DNA from: the human T2T-CHM13v2.0 reference genome, Homo sapiens
Direction: 5' to 3' (one strand)
Assembly: GCF_009914755.1 (NCBI RefSeq)
Contig: NC_060941.1
DNA: 64,000 bases
Shown: one piece after another, positions 1-14,541 of the stretch
Numbering within the stretch: the first letter of the stretch is position 1
Layout: the number at the start of each line of letters is the position of its first letter
The notes under the pieces: model-generated
What the model saw: the letters and a program-made list of their open reading frames with translations, nothing else
The model's database searches: none
What the model was told of the DNA's origin: nothing
Translations under genes and position numbers: made by a program

Positions 1-251
1 GCTGGCAGGCAACTGGTGGGTCTGACTGCACAGTGGCCAGACCCCACACCCACTCACACACCCATTGCTGCTCCACACCTGACTTGCGTCTCTTTTGAAG
101 GTATGGGATTTAGGCTGGCACCGTGAGCTGTGCACCACCCGCCAGGCTGAGTGGGCAGAATGAGCCCAGCAGGCCCAAGCAAAACTTGGGCAAAGGCACG
201 ACTGGCCACAGGTTTCCAGTCAGAAAAGTGACACCCCAAAGATCTGTAACA
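1..251 (+). mobile_element. 3' end of a MER52-family ERV1 LTR (cut by window start)
   Basis: Ends ...GAAAAGTGACACCCCAAAGATCTGTAACA; clearly homologous to the 3' end of the full copy at 18349-20192. Confidence 0.85.
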
Positions 252-954
252 CTAGGGTGATGAGAGATGTGAGGCTTTTCTTTGTATGGAGTTTTAGAGG
301 GGGGTTATGAATATTTTAAGCTGGAAAGTGTAGGGAGACTGAATGGCCCACTGTTCTCAGAGATGAAGAGAGACTTCCTTTGAGATACTGGACTTGGAAG
401 ACATTTCTCAGTAGTGTGCTGCTGGAGAGGTATTCTCACTAGAGCACCAGGAAGAATGAAGTATACATACATAAAAATGGAGATCCACGTGATTAATAAA
501 CATAAGGTGCACATTATCAATAATAGCCAATTTACTACAAATAAAATGAGATATATTTTGTCTAGGAGATGGATACATGTTAGAAAATAATTTGTTCTAC
601 TCTGTGTTGGTGAGGGTGGGAGAAAGATGCACGCTCCTTCACAGTTGTGACCAAATAAGTTAGTACAGCCCTTTGGCAGGGCTAGCTCATGAATATGCAA
701 TCTTATTTTGAACATGCATCCCTTTAGCCCAGAAATCCCTTCATGTGGGTCAGTGAGAGTACTTCTTCTCTAGCAGTTGCTACTATGCTATTTCAGTTGT
801 TATCTACCCTGTGTATATAATCCTGTCACTCTTAGTGTTACTACTCACAGAGTTCTCTGCATCTTCTTCAGAATGAATCTTATGTTTGTAGACCATGCAC
901 TGGGTTTGGGTCACAAAGGTGTCATTTTTGAATCTTTATTTTTCTACTTACTAA

Positions 955-1082
955 CTACATGCTCTATTTTCACTGCAATGTGTCTACATGCCCTATTTTC
1001 ACTACACACTACAGTGTGTTTACATGCTCTATTTTCACTACACACTACAGTGTGTCTACATGCTCTATTTTCACTACAATGT
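955..1082. repeat. Minisatellite, 36-bp unit (2 full and 2 shorter copies)
   Basis: CTACATGCTCTATTTTCACTACACACTACAGTGTGT-like units starting at 955, 984, 1020 and 1056. Confidence 0.9.
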
Positions 1083-1696
1083 TTTTCGATGGAAGTCAGG
1101 ATCATAATTCTCACCTGACGCAACTCAGCACTAAATGAAATGGTGTGTGTGAAATTGCCTGGTGTGATGGGACACACAGTTATCAGTCATGAATGTAAGG
1201 TAATGAAAGCAAGCCTTCAAGAAAGCACGTTTTAGTTATTGAGACTTTCCCCGCTGATTCTAATATGAGATGTAATATAAAAATAAAGTCTCCTACACAG
1301 ATTTGTTATTTTTTCTTTGCTATTTTTTATTCAAATTCAGGTCTACTTGCTCTAATTCAGATCTCCTGACCTGTAGAACATTGTCTGTGTGGCCTGCTGT
1401 TCCCATGCCCCTAGAAAATAAGCGGACTCTACTGATTTTCTCAATACTCGGGACTGTTACTTAACATTTGTTTTAAATTTTGTTAGGAAATGAGATTATG
1501 ACCCAAATAATTATGAGCAGAATAAATTATAAGCATAATAATTTTGAGACAAATATGAGATGAATATAATATCATCATTCAAACTTATTAAAGCCATTTA
1601 TCCACTTTTTGGGGGGCTAGAATGGCATTTTGTATTTTCCATAGATGGTTTCAACAATTTTAACCATTCTACGTGCAATGTTGAGATGTGGCCTTG

Positions 1697-2143
1697 TGTA
1701 ACCACACCAGACCAATCTGGTTCAACTTTTATGTCATGAAGCAGTGAGATGTTTTTCAGTTGCCCTGTGCCCCCAGTTTGAAGGTCACATAACCTGAGCA
1801 TGCCCAGATGAACCAAGAGTGCACCCTGGGTAGAATGTAAGTGCTCACATTGAGTGGGGACTGAATTACAAAACAGATGCCCTATAGCAGAACCCAGGAT
1901 CCAATCAAATGGAGCCTTGTTGTCACCCCATGGGAGGATCCAGTCAGATCATGCCTCTTGGCATCACCTCATTGTGAGATCCAATCAAATCACATCTCAG
2001 CCTATGCTTATAAAACCTGACCCAGCCCTGCTCAAGGAGACACATTTGAGCATTTCTTCCTATGTCCTTCCCAGTTTACTGGTGCTTTGGTGTTTGGTTT
2101 TCCAATGAGTGCAGACAAAATAACCTAGTTTGGTTCAGTAACA
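1697..2143 (+). mobile_element. Solo ERV LTR (family not firmly assigned)
   Basis: TGTAAC...GTAACA termini; 4-bp TSD CTTG (1693-1696 and 2144-2147); CCAAT-type repeats at ~1897, 1936, 1977 followed by TATAAAA at ~2008. Confidence 0.85.
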
Positions 2144-2393
2144 CTTGCCATCCTCCTTTGAAAAGGTAACGTCTAACTCTCCTCCTCATGAATTCAGGCT
2201 GGCTTTATGTCTTATTTGTAACCAATAAACTACACAACACTAGGAAGAATCACTCAGCTGAGTCCTACTCCTGACTTCTTGACCCAAAGGACACAATAAA
2301 TAATAAAACTGTGTGGGCAACGTCTTGATCCAAAGGATACAATAAATAAAACCGTGTGAGCAGTTCGACATGTAGCAATAGTAACTAGAATAG
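2144..2393 (+). mobile_element. Degraded MLT1 (MaLR) LTR fragment, apparently interrupted by the LTR at 1697
   Basis: MLT1-like motifs GAATTCAGGCTGGCTTTATG...AACCAATA and terminal ATGTAGCAATAGTAACTAGAATA. Confidence 0.55.
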
Positions 2394-2845
2394 TAACCAT
2401 TGATAGAAATAGGTGTGTGGACTTTTTCCAGAATAAATTAGAATGGATATAGAAAAAGAGAGGGGGCAAATGTAGGATTGTTCCCTGGAGAGTTAATGGC
2501 ATAAATAGTATAGAAGGAAGCACCATTGGCACCAGGCTAGGAAGAGGAAGAAGTAGGGCCCATGAACTGGGTAATGGAGTGAATAAAATATGAGATGTTA
2601 AAGATACAGAAATCTCAATTCATCTTAAGGCTGCATGCAGAGGGAGCAAAGAAGTGAAAAAGTTGGAGAATCTGAAGAGTCAGGACATTGTAGTAAGAAA
2701 GGGAGTAAAATCCTGGAAATTAAAATTTCAGAAGTAAAGAAATTGGGGAATAATGATTACATGTATAGTAAGCTTTTGAATAATAGAGATGAATGCCGTG
2801 AAGGGAGAGGAGATTAGAGTAATTTTCAAGTAGAGTTTTAATGGG

Positions 2846-3215
2846 TATTAGTCAACTCTTGCGGTGGTGGCAAACAACCTCAATATCTCAGGGGCTTGCA
2901 AAAAAAGACATCCTCTTTCATTGATGTCAGGATGAAGTTGGTTATGACCTGGCTCTGCTGGGCTCAGGTCTGTGTGCAAACCCGTTAAGCAGCCAGTGTT
3001 TGGAATATGCTGTTCTGTTGGTCAGGACAAAAGGAATGAGACAGAATCAAACAATAAAGCTGTACCTTGAGGTTCAGCCCATATGCAGTATACCTCCTAT
3101 TCATTTAAATTCCAATGGTCAAAGAAAGTTACAGGACCTACCCCAAAACCAATGGGGCAAAATAAGTACATTTTGCTTCTACGGAAACATGGTGAACAAA
3201 TAATTTAATCTACCA
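2846..3215 (-). mobile_element. Old MLT1-type MaLR LTR remnant
   Basis: CAAACAACCTCAATATCTCAGGGGCTTGCA and ATTCCAATGGTCAAAGAAAGTTACAGG resemble reverse-strand MLT1 motifs. Confidence 0.45.
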
Positions 3216-3776
3216 TGGTTGATAATACAGATAATGAGGTTGTTACAAATGTTATGGGTTCCTAATTTGAAGAGGAAGATTGTAAACCAGTTGCCAAAGC
3301 TTAAAAAGACAATCTTTGTAATAGAAATATATAGCTTATATCATCATAAAATTGCCAAAAGATCATGTTAGTATTAAAAATGAGCTAGGCAATGACCACA
3401 CTTTGGAATTCATGTGCTTTCCATTCTCTAAAGCTATATCCTACAACTATAAACCAATTAAGTGGTTAAACAAAACAAAGTACATGCAGTGAACTACACA
3501 CATATCTGCAAAATTTCACTACATTTACTCTTTTCCTTTATTGGCAATTTCTTTTTTCAAAGGCATCATAATCTCACTACCTTTTTCTGCTGATAAAAGT
3601 GCAGGAGTGAAATGCTAGTTCATTGAGTGGGCTGGAAAATCTTCACGTCTACAGTCAAAAGCTTGGCTAACTTCTTGCATTTCTTTTTGCATTTAATTAG
3701 ATGCTAAAGATATAGAGACATTATAGTTGAGGAAACTCCAACTATTTGCATGACTCAAGCACTAATTAAAACAAGG

Positions 3777-3945
3777 GGTTGGACGTGGTGGCTCACGCCT
3801 ATAATCCCAGCACTTTGGGAGGCCACGGTGGAAGCATCATTTGAACCCGGGGGAGGTAGAGGCTGCAGTGAGCTGTGATCATGTCACTACACTTTAGCCT
3901 TGGCAACAAAGAGAGAACCCATCTCAAAAAAAACAAAAAACAAAA
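3777..3945 (+). mobile_element. Monomeric Alu (left-arm 5' part joined to right-arm 3' part; FRAM-like or collapsed AluJ)
   Basis: GTGGTGGCTCACGCCTATAATCCCAGCACTTTGGGAGG...GAGGCTGCAGTGAGCTGTGATC...CATCTC plus A-rich tail; about 165 bp. Confidence 0.85.
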
Positions 3946-4202
3946 TACACAAGAATTTTATTTCAAGGAGGAACAGCATGGAAGACTTAGTTCCACTTCT
4001 GGTATTTTTTGGGAGGAAATACCCATGAGAATCCCTTGGTAAGATTATCTTCAGAACTTTGTAACTCCAGCTTGTTACAAATAAGGGAGAGGTGAAAACT
4101 TGTATCCATTCTTATGTACAGCTTTTTCTAAGAATCTCTTGTATTCTATAAATCTATTGCAATCACAAGAATGAGAATATTATTTGATATATCATGCTCA
4201 AT

Positions 4203-4450
4203 AATAACAAAATAGCTAATATTTATTGATCTAAGTTCCAGGAATTTTAATTGTACATAGATTTTATTGATTGAATGATCATAATAACAACTCCATAAAG
4301 TATTATTATCAAATCCATTTTATAATTGAGTAACCAAAGTATGAAAGTTTAACTACAAGTCACACAAGTTGCACAAGGTTACATATATAATCGTTAGTGG
4401 TGACCAGATTCAAATCCAGGTAGTGTGGCTCGAAAACCTGAATTAACCTA
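4203..4450 (-). mobile_element. MIR
   Basis: Reverse MIR core (CCATTTTATAATTGAG...CAAGGTTACA...GATTCAAATCCAGG). Confidence 0.7.
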
Positions 4451-4461
4451 TGCAATATACC

Positions 4462-4709
4462 CATGGTTCTCAAACTGTGTACTGAGACACTCTTGGATAA
4501 TGTAAGCAAACTCCTGGAGTTACTTTGGGATATTTTAATTTTTCTAGAGAAACACAGCAACATCTATTAGACACTATAGATGACTATATCTAAGTCATTT
4601 AAACCTGACTTAGTACATGGAATTGCTATTTCTTTTGGCCTATCGTTGCCTTGAAAAAGCTTCTGAAACACTGAGAGTGTTATAATCTAAGAGTATTTGC
4701 TAACCTCTG
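4462..4709. mobile_element. hAT/Charlie-type MITE remnant
   Basis: TIR-like ends CATGGTTCTCAAA...TTTGCTAACCTCTG. Confidence 0.45.
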
Positions 4710-5394
4710 CAGTATGCTGTCTTCAGATAGCAACTTAGGCATGTAGTAGGATTCCAGACATCTCTATCGCTGGCCACCAGCATCTTTTACAACTAAATCA
4801 TCGGCATCACTGCTTTGTTTTGTTTTGTTTTGTTTTTAAATTAGAATTGTTAGCACTTTTTATTTTAATCCTTACTATTAACATTATTATTTTGAGCAGT
4901 TATTATCATATAAATATGAAATAAGTTTGGGTAAAAAAAAATTGTAAGGAGAGCAACCTGCTTTGTTTTTGCTCACTCTGGGTTCCTAAAAATTGAATCT
5001 AATAGGAAGCGTTCACCTGATGCAGCTATTCATGGATAAGAAATGTTAGAGTGGTATTTTAACTCAGGACTTCATATCAAGGTGAAAGAAATGTATTGAC
5101 ATTCACTAATAGCATAGTTTGTAATTGAAACTATACATAATTTAATATGCGAATTTATACTTCAGAAATATTCTCAACTTTCTCAAGAAAATTTTGGCAT
5201 TGAAATTGTTTTCTATTATGAATCTTCAGTTTTTCCTTCCTAGAAATTTGGTGATAATTCTTAACTATTAACATTACAGATACAGTTCAGGCCAGAACTG
5301 AAATTTTCTTATAGATTTTTGGAATCTGTTATGATAGTCCACTTAGTCTAATACAATTACACAATTCTTGCTCAGGACACTTATTAACTACTAA

Positions 5395-5897
<503 letters not shown>

Positions 5898-6154
5898 CGG
5901 GCTTTCCTTTTCTATGCAGTATTAATAATTATCTGGCCAAGGCCATGAGAGTCATGTTTAAAACCCTTTAAGATAAATCTCTCTGCTTAGCATGTGTCAA
6001 TCAAATGGATTACCCATTCTTCAGGAACATGGCTTAACTTGTCTAAAGCCGTTAAACATGAATCCTTACCTCAATCTCCACTGAGTAATAGTAGCCTGGG
6101 TATTTTGGCCCAATAATCTGTCTATAATTGGGTGGCCTTGTTGATATACTGCAG

Positions 6155-6530
6155 GGTTATAAACTGAATGTTTCACCCTCAAATTCTTACGTGAAAGCCC
6201 TAACCCTTAATGAAATGGTATTTGGAGATGGGGCCTTTGAAAGGTAATCAGGGTTAGGTAAGGTCAAAAATGTGGGGCCCTCATGATAGGATTAATGTCC
6301 TTATGAGAAGAGACATTAGAAAGCTTGCTTCCCCTCCTTTTCGCCATCACTTGAAGACACAGCAAAAAGGCGGCTGTCTGCAAGGCAGGAAGAGAGCCCT
6401 CACCGGAACCCAACCATGCTGGCATCCTGATCTCATTCTTTTAGCTTCCAGAACTTTGAGAAAATGAATGTTTGTTGTTTAAGCTGCACAGTCTCTGGTA
6501 TTTTGTTATGGTGACCCAAGCTAACTAGCA
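6155..6530 (+). mobile_element. MLT1A-type MaLR LTR
   Basis: GGTATTTGGAGATGGGGCCTTTG, GGCTGTCTGCAAGGCAGGAAGAGAGCCCTCACC and GTTTAAGCTGCACAGTCTCTGGTATTTTGTTATGG. Confidence 0.85.
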
Positions 6531-7639
6531 TATCTAGGTATTCATTATTTGGGTTGCTTTTTTGATTGATGATCAGTATTCTAATGTCTTGTCAACTAAT
6601 TTTGTCATATAATAACATAGACTGATAACCTATATGCACTATAAATTAAATAAAATAAGGTCATAAACATCCTTGACTAAAGCATCAAGCATCATTGTTT
6701 TTGCCTAAAATGAACAGATTCTCCAATTTTCTTCTTATTGGGCTGAAGACATGTAGCCATCAATTATTATCTTTAGAGAAAATTTACAAAAATGTAGACA
6801 AGCAATGTAGATTCCTACTGCTCAGAAAACAGACCACTCTTGCTGGCATAGCACATAACTCAGCTATGAGTGAAACTGTAGCCAGTCTGTGACTACGGGG
6901 GTAATGTCCAGACATTGCTTGAAATGTTAGAACATGTCTCAGTAGCATTATGTTTTGTAATAACAAGAATTGTAAACAAATACAATCACATTAAGCCTGA
7001 AATGCTGAATGTGCTGGCACAATAGATGATTCAGTATTTAATTCTGAAATGAATATAATTTTAGTAATTTGGGAGAATGCCTCTCTGAGTGAGACTTCTT
7101 CCTTTTTTTTTTTTTTTTTTTTGCTTTGTTAAAAACTTTTCTGAAAGATTAGTTTGTTTACAGCTGTTTTGGTGACCATCAATTGAAAATGGAAGGAAAA
7201 CCTTAACATGCCAATAATCCTGTATTTTTGTGTGTACGAAGTGGAAAAATAAGTACTGTATTGTATTTCATACACCATTGTATCTGTGAGTTGAGACAAA
7301 TTTAGCATACAAATATTCATATAACTTCCTCTATATTGTAGTATTGCATGCTATTGAGACCTTATCTATGAGAGCTTTCTCATTGCATTCATAAAAACAA
7401 TTTATTAAAATACGAAGGCTTATTTTTAGCCATGTAAAAGATATCTATTTACTAATTTCAAATTTACTGTTTATTGTTACCATTTTGATAGATCTTTCTG
7501 ATTTTGACCCTCACCTATTTTCTTTACTTCATGCCTTTAAGGTTTCTTTCTAGGGCTGTGTCTCAAAATGTGTCTCAGATATAAGAGGGTTCCCCAGTGC
7601 TGGTCCAGTGACTGAGGTGAGAAAAGATATATAAGAATA

Positions 7640-7783
7640 TACCCTGGAACTTTAAAAAGTATTAGGCTTGGTGTCTACGCTCAAGAAATTTTCATCTTGT
7701 AAGATCTGAGATGTGATCCAGGAATCCGTTATTTTTTAACTCCCAATTTCATTTTGACATTCAGCCAAGAGTAGGAACCACTG
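7640..7783. mobile_element. MER5-type hAT MITE fragment
   Basis: GATCTGAG...CCAGGAATC...TTTTAAC...AGGAACCACTG terminal motif. Confidence 0.55.
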
Positions 7784-7882
7784 AAATGGTTGAGTATTAG
7801 CTGGTACCTTTCTTGTTTATGATGACCTAGTGTTGAGGCTGATACTGTAGAGTGCTTGGCCTGTGAAACAAAGTCGAATTCA

Positions 7883-8506
7883 TGTGATGATTAATTTTAT
7901 GTGTCAACTCGAGTGGGCCATGAGATGCTCAGAGTAAACATTCTTTCTGGGTGTATCTGTGAGGGTGTTTCCAGATCAGACAACCATTCCAATTGGTGGA
8001 TTCAGTAAAGTAGATTGCCCTCCGCAATGGGGCGGGGGCGGGGGGCATCATCTAATCCATTGAAAAAGAAGAAATAAAACAGAAGGTAGAAGAAGAAGGA
8101 ATTTGCTTTTTTTTTTTTTTTCTTGGCTCACTGAGCTGAGACATCTGATCTCACCTTCTCCTGCCTTCAGACTGGGGTTTACATCCTCATCTTCCCTTGT
8201 TCCTAGGCTTTTTGAGTCAGACTGAATTACATCACTGACTTTCCTAGGTCTTGAGCTTGCATATGGTAGATCATGGGACTTCTCATCCTCCATAAGACTG
8301 TGAGCCAATTCCCATAATAAATCTCATGTGTATATGCACACATTCACACTATTGGTTCTATGCATACTGTATATTATAATCTTCATTATGTATAAAATAT
8401 TTATATAATATTTAATATTTATATCCTATTTATTTTATATTATAAAATAGGATATATAATATGTATCCTATCTATCTTATTTCTCCAGATAACTCTGACT
8501 AATATA
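7883..8506 (+). mobile_element. MLT2 (C/D-type) ERV-L solo LTR with AT-rich internal expansion
   Basis: Start TGTGATGATTAATTTTATGTGTCAACT, end CTCTGACTAATATA; 5-bp TSD ATTCA (7878-7882 and 8507-8511). Confidence 0.9.
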
Positions 8507-9059
8507 ATTCATCAAAACAGTAGGCAGTTCCGAATATCATATCATCTCTTGGCCTGAGGTTCTAAACTTGTGTAATAAAAACTTTGAACGACCTCTAAAA
8601 ATTGATGAATTTGTAACGCAAACAGACTTCTTTTAGTTCTCCATTATGTCTTCATGGGCAGTTTTAGTCTTTGCTATTTTCTGAGATTACTCTGGTTATC
8701 ATGATAATACAATTTCTTTATCATTGTCGAAATTACATTATCTACTATCTAGTTAGAGATTTATTTCTCTTTAGCTGGAACTATGTAGGACTCTTTGAAA
8801 TATTTACCTTTTCTCTGAGGCCACTCCTCTTCCTTAAGCCTGCTGATTGGGTATATATTTGGCTTAGGCAAATTCATCATTGTTATTAAAATAATGATAC
8901 TATATATGGCCTACTGATTCTAGGCTGATTATCTTACCTTCATATTAGAAATCAAATGTATAGAGATTAGAAAACCATGAAGTTATGTAGAAAAGATAAA
9001 TAAATCACTTTTTTTTCTTTTAGACTGCAATGAGAAAGAATTGGTAGTTATTATGAGAG

Positions 9060-9300
9060 TACATAGGAAGGGTACTAAAATCAATCTTCAGGACTAAAAA
9101 AAATTTTTGTGAGGGTGACATCTAGGCATCATCTTAAACAATGAGCAAGAAGTAGCCAGACACAGGTGATTAGAAAGATGTTTTAGGCAGAAGAGATAGC
9201 ATGAGCAAAGTCATGGAGATTAGAAGTTAAGGTGTGTTTCCTGAGGCTGAAAATACTTGGATTTGCTTGAACATGAGATATGATCAGGGAGAAAATGAGT
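9060..9300 (-). mobile_element. L2 fragment
   Basis: AGGGTGACATCT...TTTTAGGCAGAAGAGATAGCATGAGCAAAG resembles reverse L2. Confidence 0.55.
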
Positions 9301-9568
9301 TTTGATTGCTTATGAGTTTAGAATTAGATAGTGAAGTACAATCAAGTACAGATGACTCCTTCTAAAGGCAGCGCCAGCCCAGGTAAAACAAAAATACAGA
9401 TTCAGCATCAAAAGCTGTGTCTGACTCCAAACTTCAGTTTTTGTCACTATACCTTACATGTTATGATATAATGTATAATAATTTGACAGCATCGATACCA
9501 CTTGGTTACCAGAAAAAATGCATATGATGTAAGCGTGAGGGTAAGAGTGAGTTATCATTTTACTCTAC

Positions 9569-10166
9569 TGAGACAGGAATAATACAGGGTGATTGCAGGA
9601 GAATAGAAAATTTCAGGCAGCAGTTTTACATGACTAGCAAAAGGAAGCCGGTGAAATAGCTGTGTATGTTAGGTAATAGCTGATAAACCCCTAAAAAACC
9701 AGAGTGTGGGCCAAGCTGGCTAAGACTGACTGGTCCCTACATAGTGCTAGATTTGACCTAGGTTTCACCTAGGACCTCATTATCTGCTCATTAACATTCT
9801 CAATTACACACCCACCAGCACCAGGACAGTTCTGGGAACACGTATATCTAGTGTAAAAATGGGTGGCACTGTACTTCCAAGAAATCTTTACCTTTTTCCA
9901 AGAATCTTCATAAATATTCCACTCCTTGGTTAAACAAACCCATAAAGGTAGAAACCTCAAACCTCATTGCACAACTCACTCTCCTGAGTGCACCCACACC
10001 CCTCTTTATTTCTTGTGTACTTTTCATTTTGCAATACATCTCCATACTTTTCACTATTTTCTGACTCATCCTTGAATTCCTTCTCACGATGGTGTCAAGA
10101 GCCTTGAAACCACTGGGGTTGACATCCCACTGGTGTTTGAGGACCTCCCTTAGCACACTGGTATCA
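9569..10166 (+). mobile_element. ERV1 solo LTR (MER41E/MER66-like)
   Basis: TGAGACAGGAATAATACAGGG...GGTATCA; 4-bp TSD CTAC (9565-9568 and 10167-10170). Confidence 0.85.
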
Positions 10167-10358
10167 CTACCACTCTTCTTTAATAAACCCGTAAGTGCCT
10201 GATTATATATTAGAAGCTGATGGAGGTAAGATAATTGCATTCTCCAAAGGCTTCTCTTGAATAGATGTGCTTATGAAGGAGATTGATTGTAAGTTCCTGG
10301 AGGTCAGTGATACCTTATTTATACTTCTACGTCTCCAGTGCTTCACCCAGTGCTAGTA

Positions 10359-10690
10359 CAGTGGGCCCTTTATATACATGGGTTCTGCAGATTAAACCAA
10401 CTGAAGACCAAAAATATTTAGAAAAAATATTCCAGAGTTCCCAAAAGTGAAATTTGAATTTGCCATGCTAAACGTACTACTATGTTGAATCCCTGTGAAT
10501 GAAGTCATGTGTAGGCATTGTATTAGGTATTATAAGTAATCTAGAGATGATTTAAAGTATACAGGAGAGTACACATAGGTTATATGTAAATATTTTGCCA
10601 TTTTATATACTAGAGTTCAGCATCCTTGGATTTTGATATCTACAGGCATCCTGCAGTCAATCCCGCAATTGCTAGTGAGGGATGACTTGC
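10359..10690. mobile_element. Tigger4/MER46-type TcMar MITE inserted in an L2 3' end (~10284-10730)
   Basis: TA-CAGTGGGCCCT start; GCATTGTATTAGGTATTATAAGTAATCTAGAGATGATTTAAAGTATAC core; GAGGGATGACT end. Confidence 0.8.
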
Positions 10691-12014
10691 ATATAATAAT
10701 GACTTAATTAATCTTATTTGGATGAATGTAATGGGCGGGATGAAACAGCTAAAGATAAGGAACTAATGCCATATAAGGTACTCTTAAATGTAAAATCATC
10801 ATAAGAGTGTATAAAGTTATATGTAAGATTAAAATATAGAAAAAAAGTCACTTTAATAAGACATTTCACTTTGCTTCCAACAGGCACGTTGGTATCTGGA
10901 GAGAGAGGGGAGGAGGAGGAGAAAAAGAAACAGATAGACAGAGGAGAGAGACAAAACCAAAATTAGTTGCTCTTGATATTAATTTTTCAGTTGATTTAAT
11001 ATTAGAAACCACAAACATCTACAAGTGAAATGTTATAGTTTAAGAATCAGGCCTCTCACCAGAACGATCAAAACAGTGGCTCCACAAAGTAGAAGTATTA
11101 CACTAGTTCAGGAGAATGTAATTGCAGACAAACAAAGAGCCCCTATGAGTTCCAATGATTGCTATGAGTTCTTTTATAACAACTCAAAAACATATATGCT
11201 GTTGGAAAATATTTACTGGTCATGAAAGCACAGCGTTTAATCTGCTTTGTTTCTCAGAAGCCTGCTTACTTCACCCCATTCTTTATTTTTATTGGATTCT
11301 TTTGGAGAACACAAATTACAAGAGGCATTTGTAAGCAGGAAGGTGATTAATAATATAAACCAACTGAAATGATGATGTATTACCATTCGTGCTGATGTGT
11401 AGAGACCAAAAATATAAAATCTCAACAGTTTTCCCTGATTGCACTAGAAAATTAAAACCAAACTCTGGATATGTGGAAAGGGTTTGATTAGAGACAGGTG
11501 AAAGCATTAGGTTATTCTAGAATCCTCTGTGGTTTTAAGGTTGGGTCTCTGATAGCCTGTGCATGTTCAGACCAAACACATTTCAAAATGCTGCAGGGGC
11601 CAAGTCTGTGCTTCATAGTAACAGAGACATGGTTTCAGACTTTGGGAATGAAGAAGTATAAGGTCATGCAATGAACTCTCCAAGTGCAAAGATGTTAATT
11701 TGATTATGAATTCCTGACAATTCCATGGATTCACTTCATTTTGCCCAGCCATAAGACAGAAGCAATTAAAATGATTAGTCTTTAATTATGTTTTAGTCAT
11801 CTATCTCTTTTTGCTGTCTTTAAAGGATGTGATTTTCATTTAAATTGTTAGCCAACTTTCATTCTGTACCATTTTCCTTAGTTTTTATAATGATTTGAAA
11901 ATACTTCAACATACACTATACTTCAAAATTTTACTTAGTTGCATGAATTTTTAGGTATCAGCTACTCACCCTGTAATATCTCATTTCCATCATAATCAAA
12001 TGTAAATTTTATTT

Positions 12015-13275
<1,261 letters not shown>

Positions 13276-14242
13276 GTTTTCGTTTGTTGAAATGTAAATT
13301 TGAAATATTTAGAAGGCAAATGAACTTTGGTGCTTTGGTTGTGCTATAGAGGAAAGACATGGGGCCTTTGAAAGTGAAGTAAAATGTCAATGCAGATAGG
13401 CAGAAGGGGAAATAGAGTTTGCGCATGACGTGCACTCAGGTGTCAGAATTTCCTTGGGCTTTCTTTTAAAATGTTTGATTATTATTTTTCTTGGATGCTA
13501 CTGATATTTTCATAATCATCCACCTGTTTCTTTGGTTAGTTACATAAAAATAATAGGTGATCTTTCCCATTTTAGCCAAAATTGTCTTGATATTCAGGGA
13601 ACTGGTGTGTCCCCAATTGATTTCAATCCAAAGAACCAATTTTCTTTGGAATAAAATTATTTAGACAATACTGATTTTAACACTTCATAGAAGAAAGGTG
13701 GTAAGAAATTTTCTGAAAGGGAAGTCATAGAAATTTCTTTGAGATTTGGTGTTGACTTGACACACAGACACACACACACGCATGCACACACACAGAAAAT
13801 TTAACTATTATATATGATTAAATTTTCTCCTGCTGATTCTATCCGTGTGTGACCTGAGACGTTATTTGAGACCTTAGCAATCTTCAAGGTTTTATCTTTG
13901 GTGTCCTGTTAATCCACTTATTTAAACTCAACTGATGTTCAAAAAGTGCATGAACTCCCTGAAAGAAAAAACCTCATTTTTCATTCCCCACCCTCCTGCC
14001 TTCCTTGATTTGTTTACACTCTTGTGATTACTGTCATTTGATTGTCCAGCTATTTCTCACTGATAACTATCCCTGTTGCAATGATTATGAAGAGAACAGA
14101 AAAGTGAACACAATGTTCTCAGTTCTGTCTACATTCAGAACTATAATCTTGCGGCTGCCTTTGGAGACTATAGTAGAAGAATAAGATGCACTTTCTTCTA
14201 AGTTTGGCAGAGGGCTAATGTTTGGATGGGAAAATATGTTCC

Positions 14243-14541
14243 TTTTTTTTTTTTTTTTTTGAGACATGGTTTCACTCTCATTGTCCAGGCTGGAGTGCAA
14301 TGGTGTGACGTTGCTCACTGCAACCTCCGCCTCCTGTGCTCAAGAGATCCTCCCACCTCAGCCTCCTGAATAACTGGGACCACAGGTGCATACCACCATG
14401 CCTGCACAATTTTTGTATTTTTTGTAGAGATGGGGTTTCGCCATGTTGTCCAGGCTGGTCTTGAACTCCTGGGCTCAAGCAATCCACCCACCTCGGCCTC
14501 CAAAAGTGCTGGGATTACAGTGTGAGCCACGGCGCCTGACC
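14243..14541 (-). mobile_element. AluJ (Jb-like)
   Basis: GCTCAAGAGATCCTCCCACCTCAG and CTCCTGGGCTCAAGCAATCC; short TSD TATGTTC. Confidence 0.9.

Noticed and set aside
955-1082. CRISPR-like 36-bp partly palindromic repeat
   Set aside because: Units are head-to-tail with no spacers, there are no cas genes, and the DNA is human
777-1177. ORFs with a repeated 12-aa motif (CLHALFSLHTTV / CSENRACRHTVV)
   Set aside because: Translation of the 36-bp minisatellite; no splice or coding context
2277-2362. Short tandem duplications (46-bp period here; 25-bp at 26815-26864; triple at 55394-55478)
   Set aside because: Real but ordinary slippage duplications in or beside decayed repeats
7100-7330. Isolated poly-T as the tail of a processed pseudogene
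   Set aside because: No polyA signal at the right spacing, no convincing TSD and no coding remnant
8938-9024. 87-nt minus-strand exon with good splice signals
   Set aside because: The body is extremely AU-rich and intron-like; probably a pseudo-exon, so not listed as a feature
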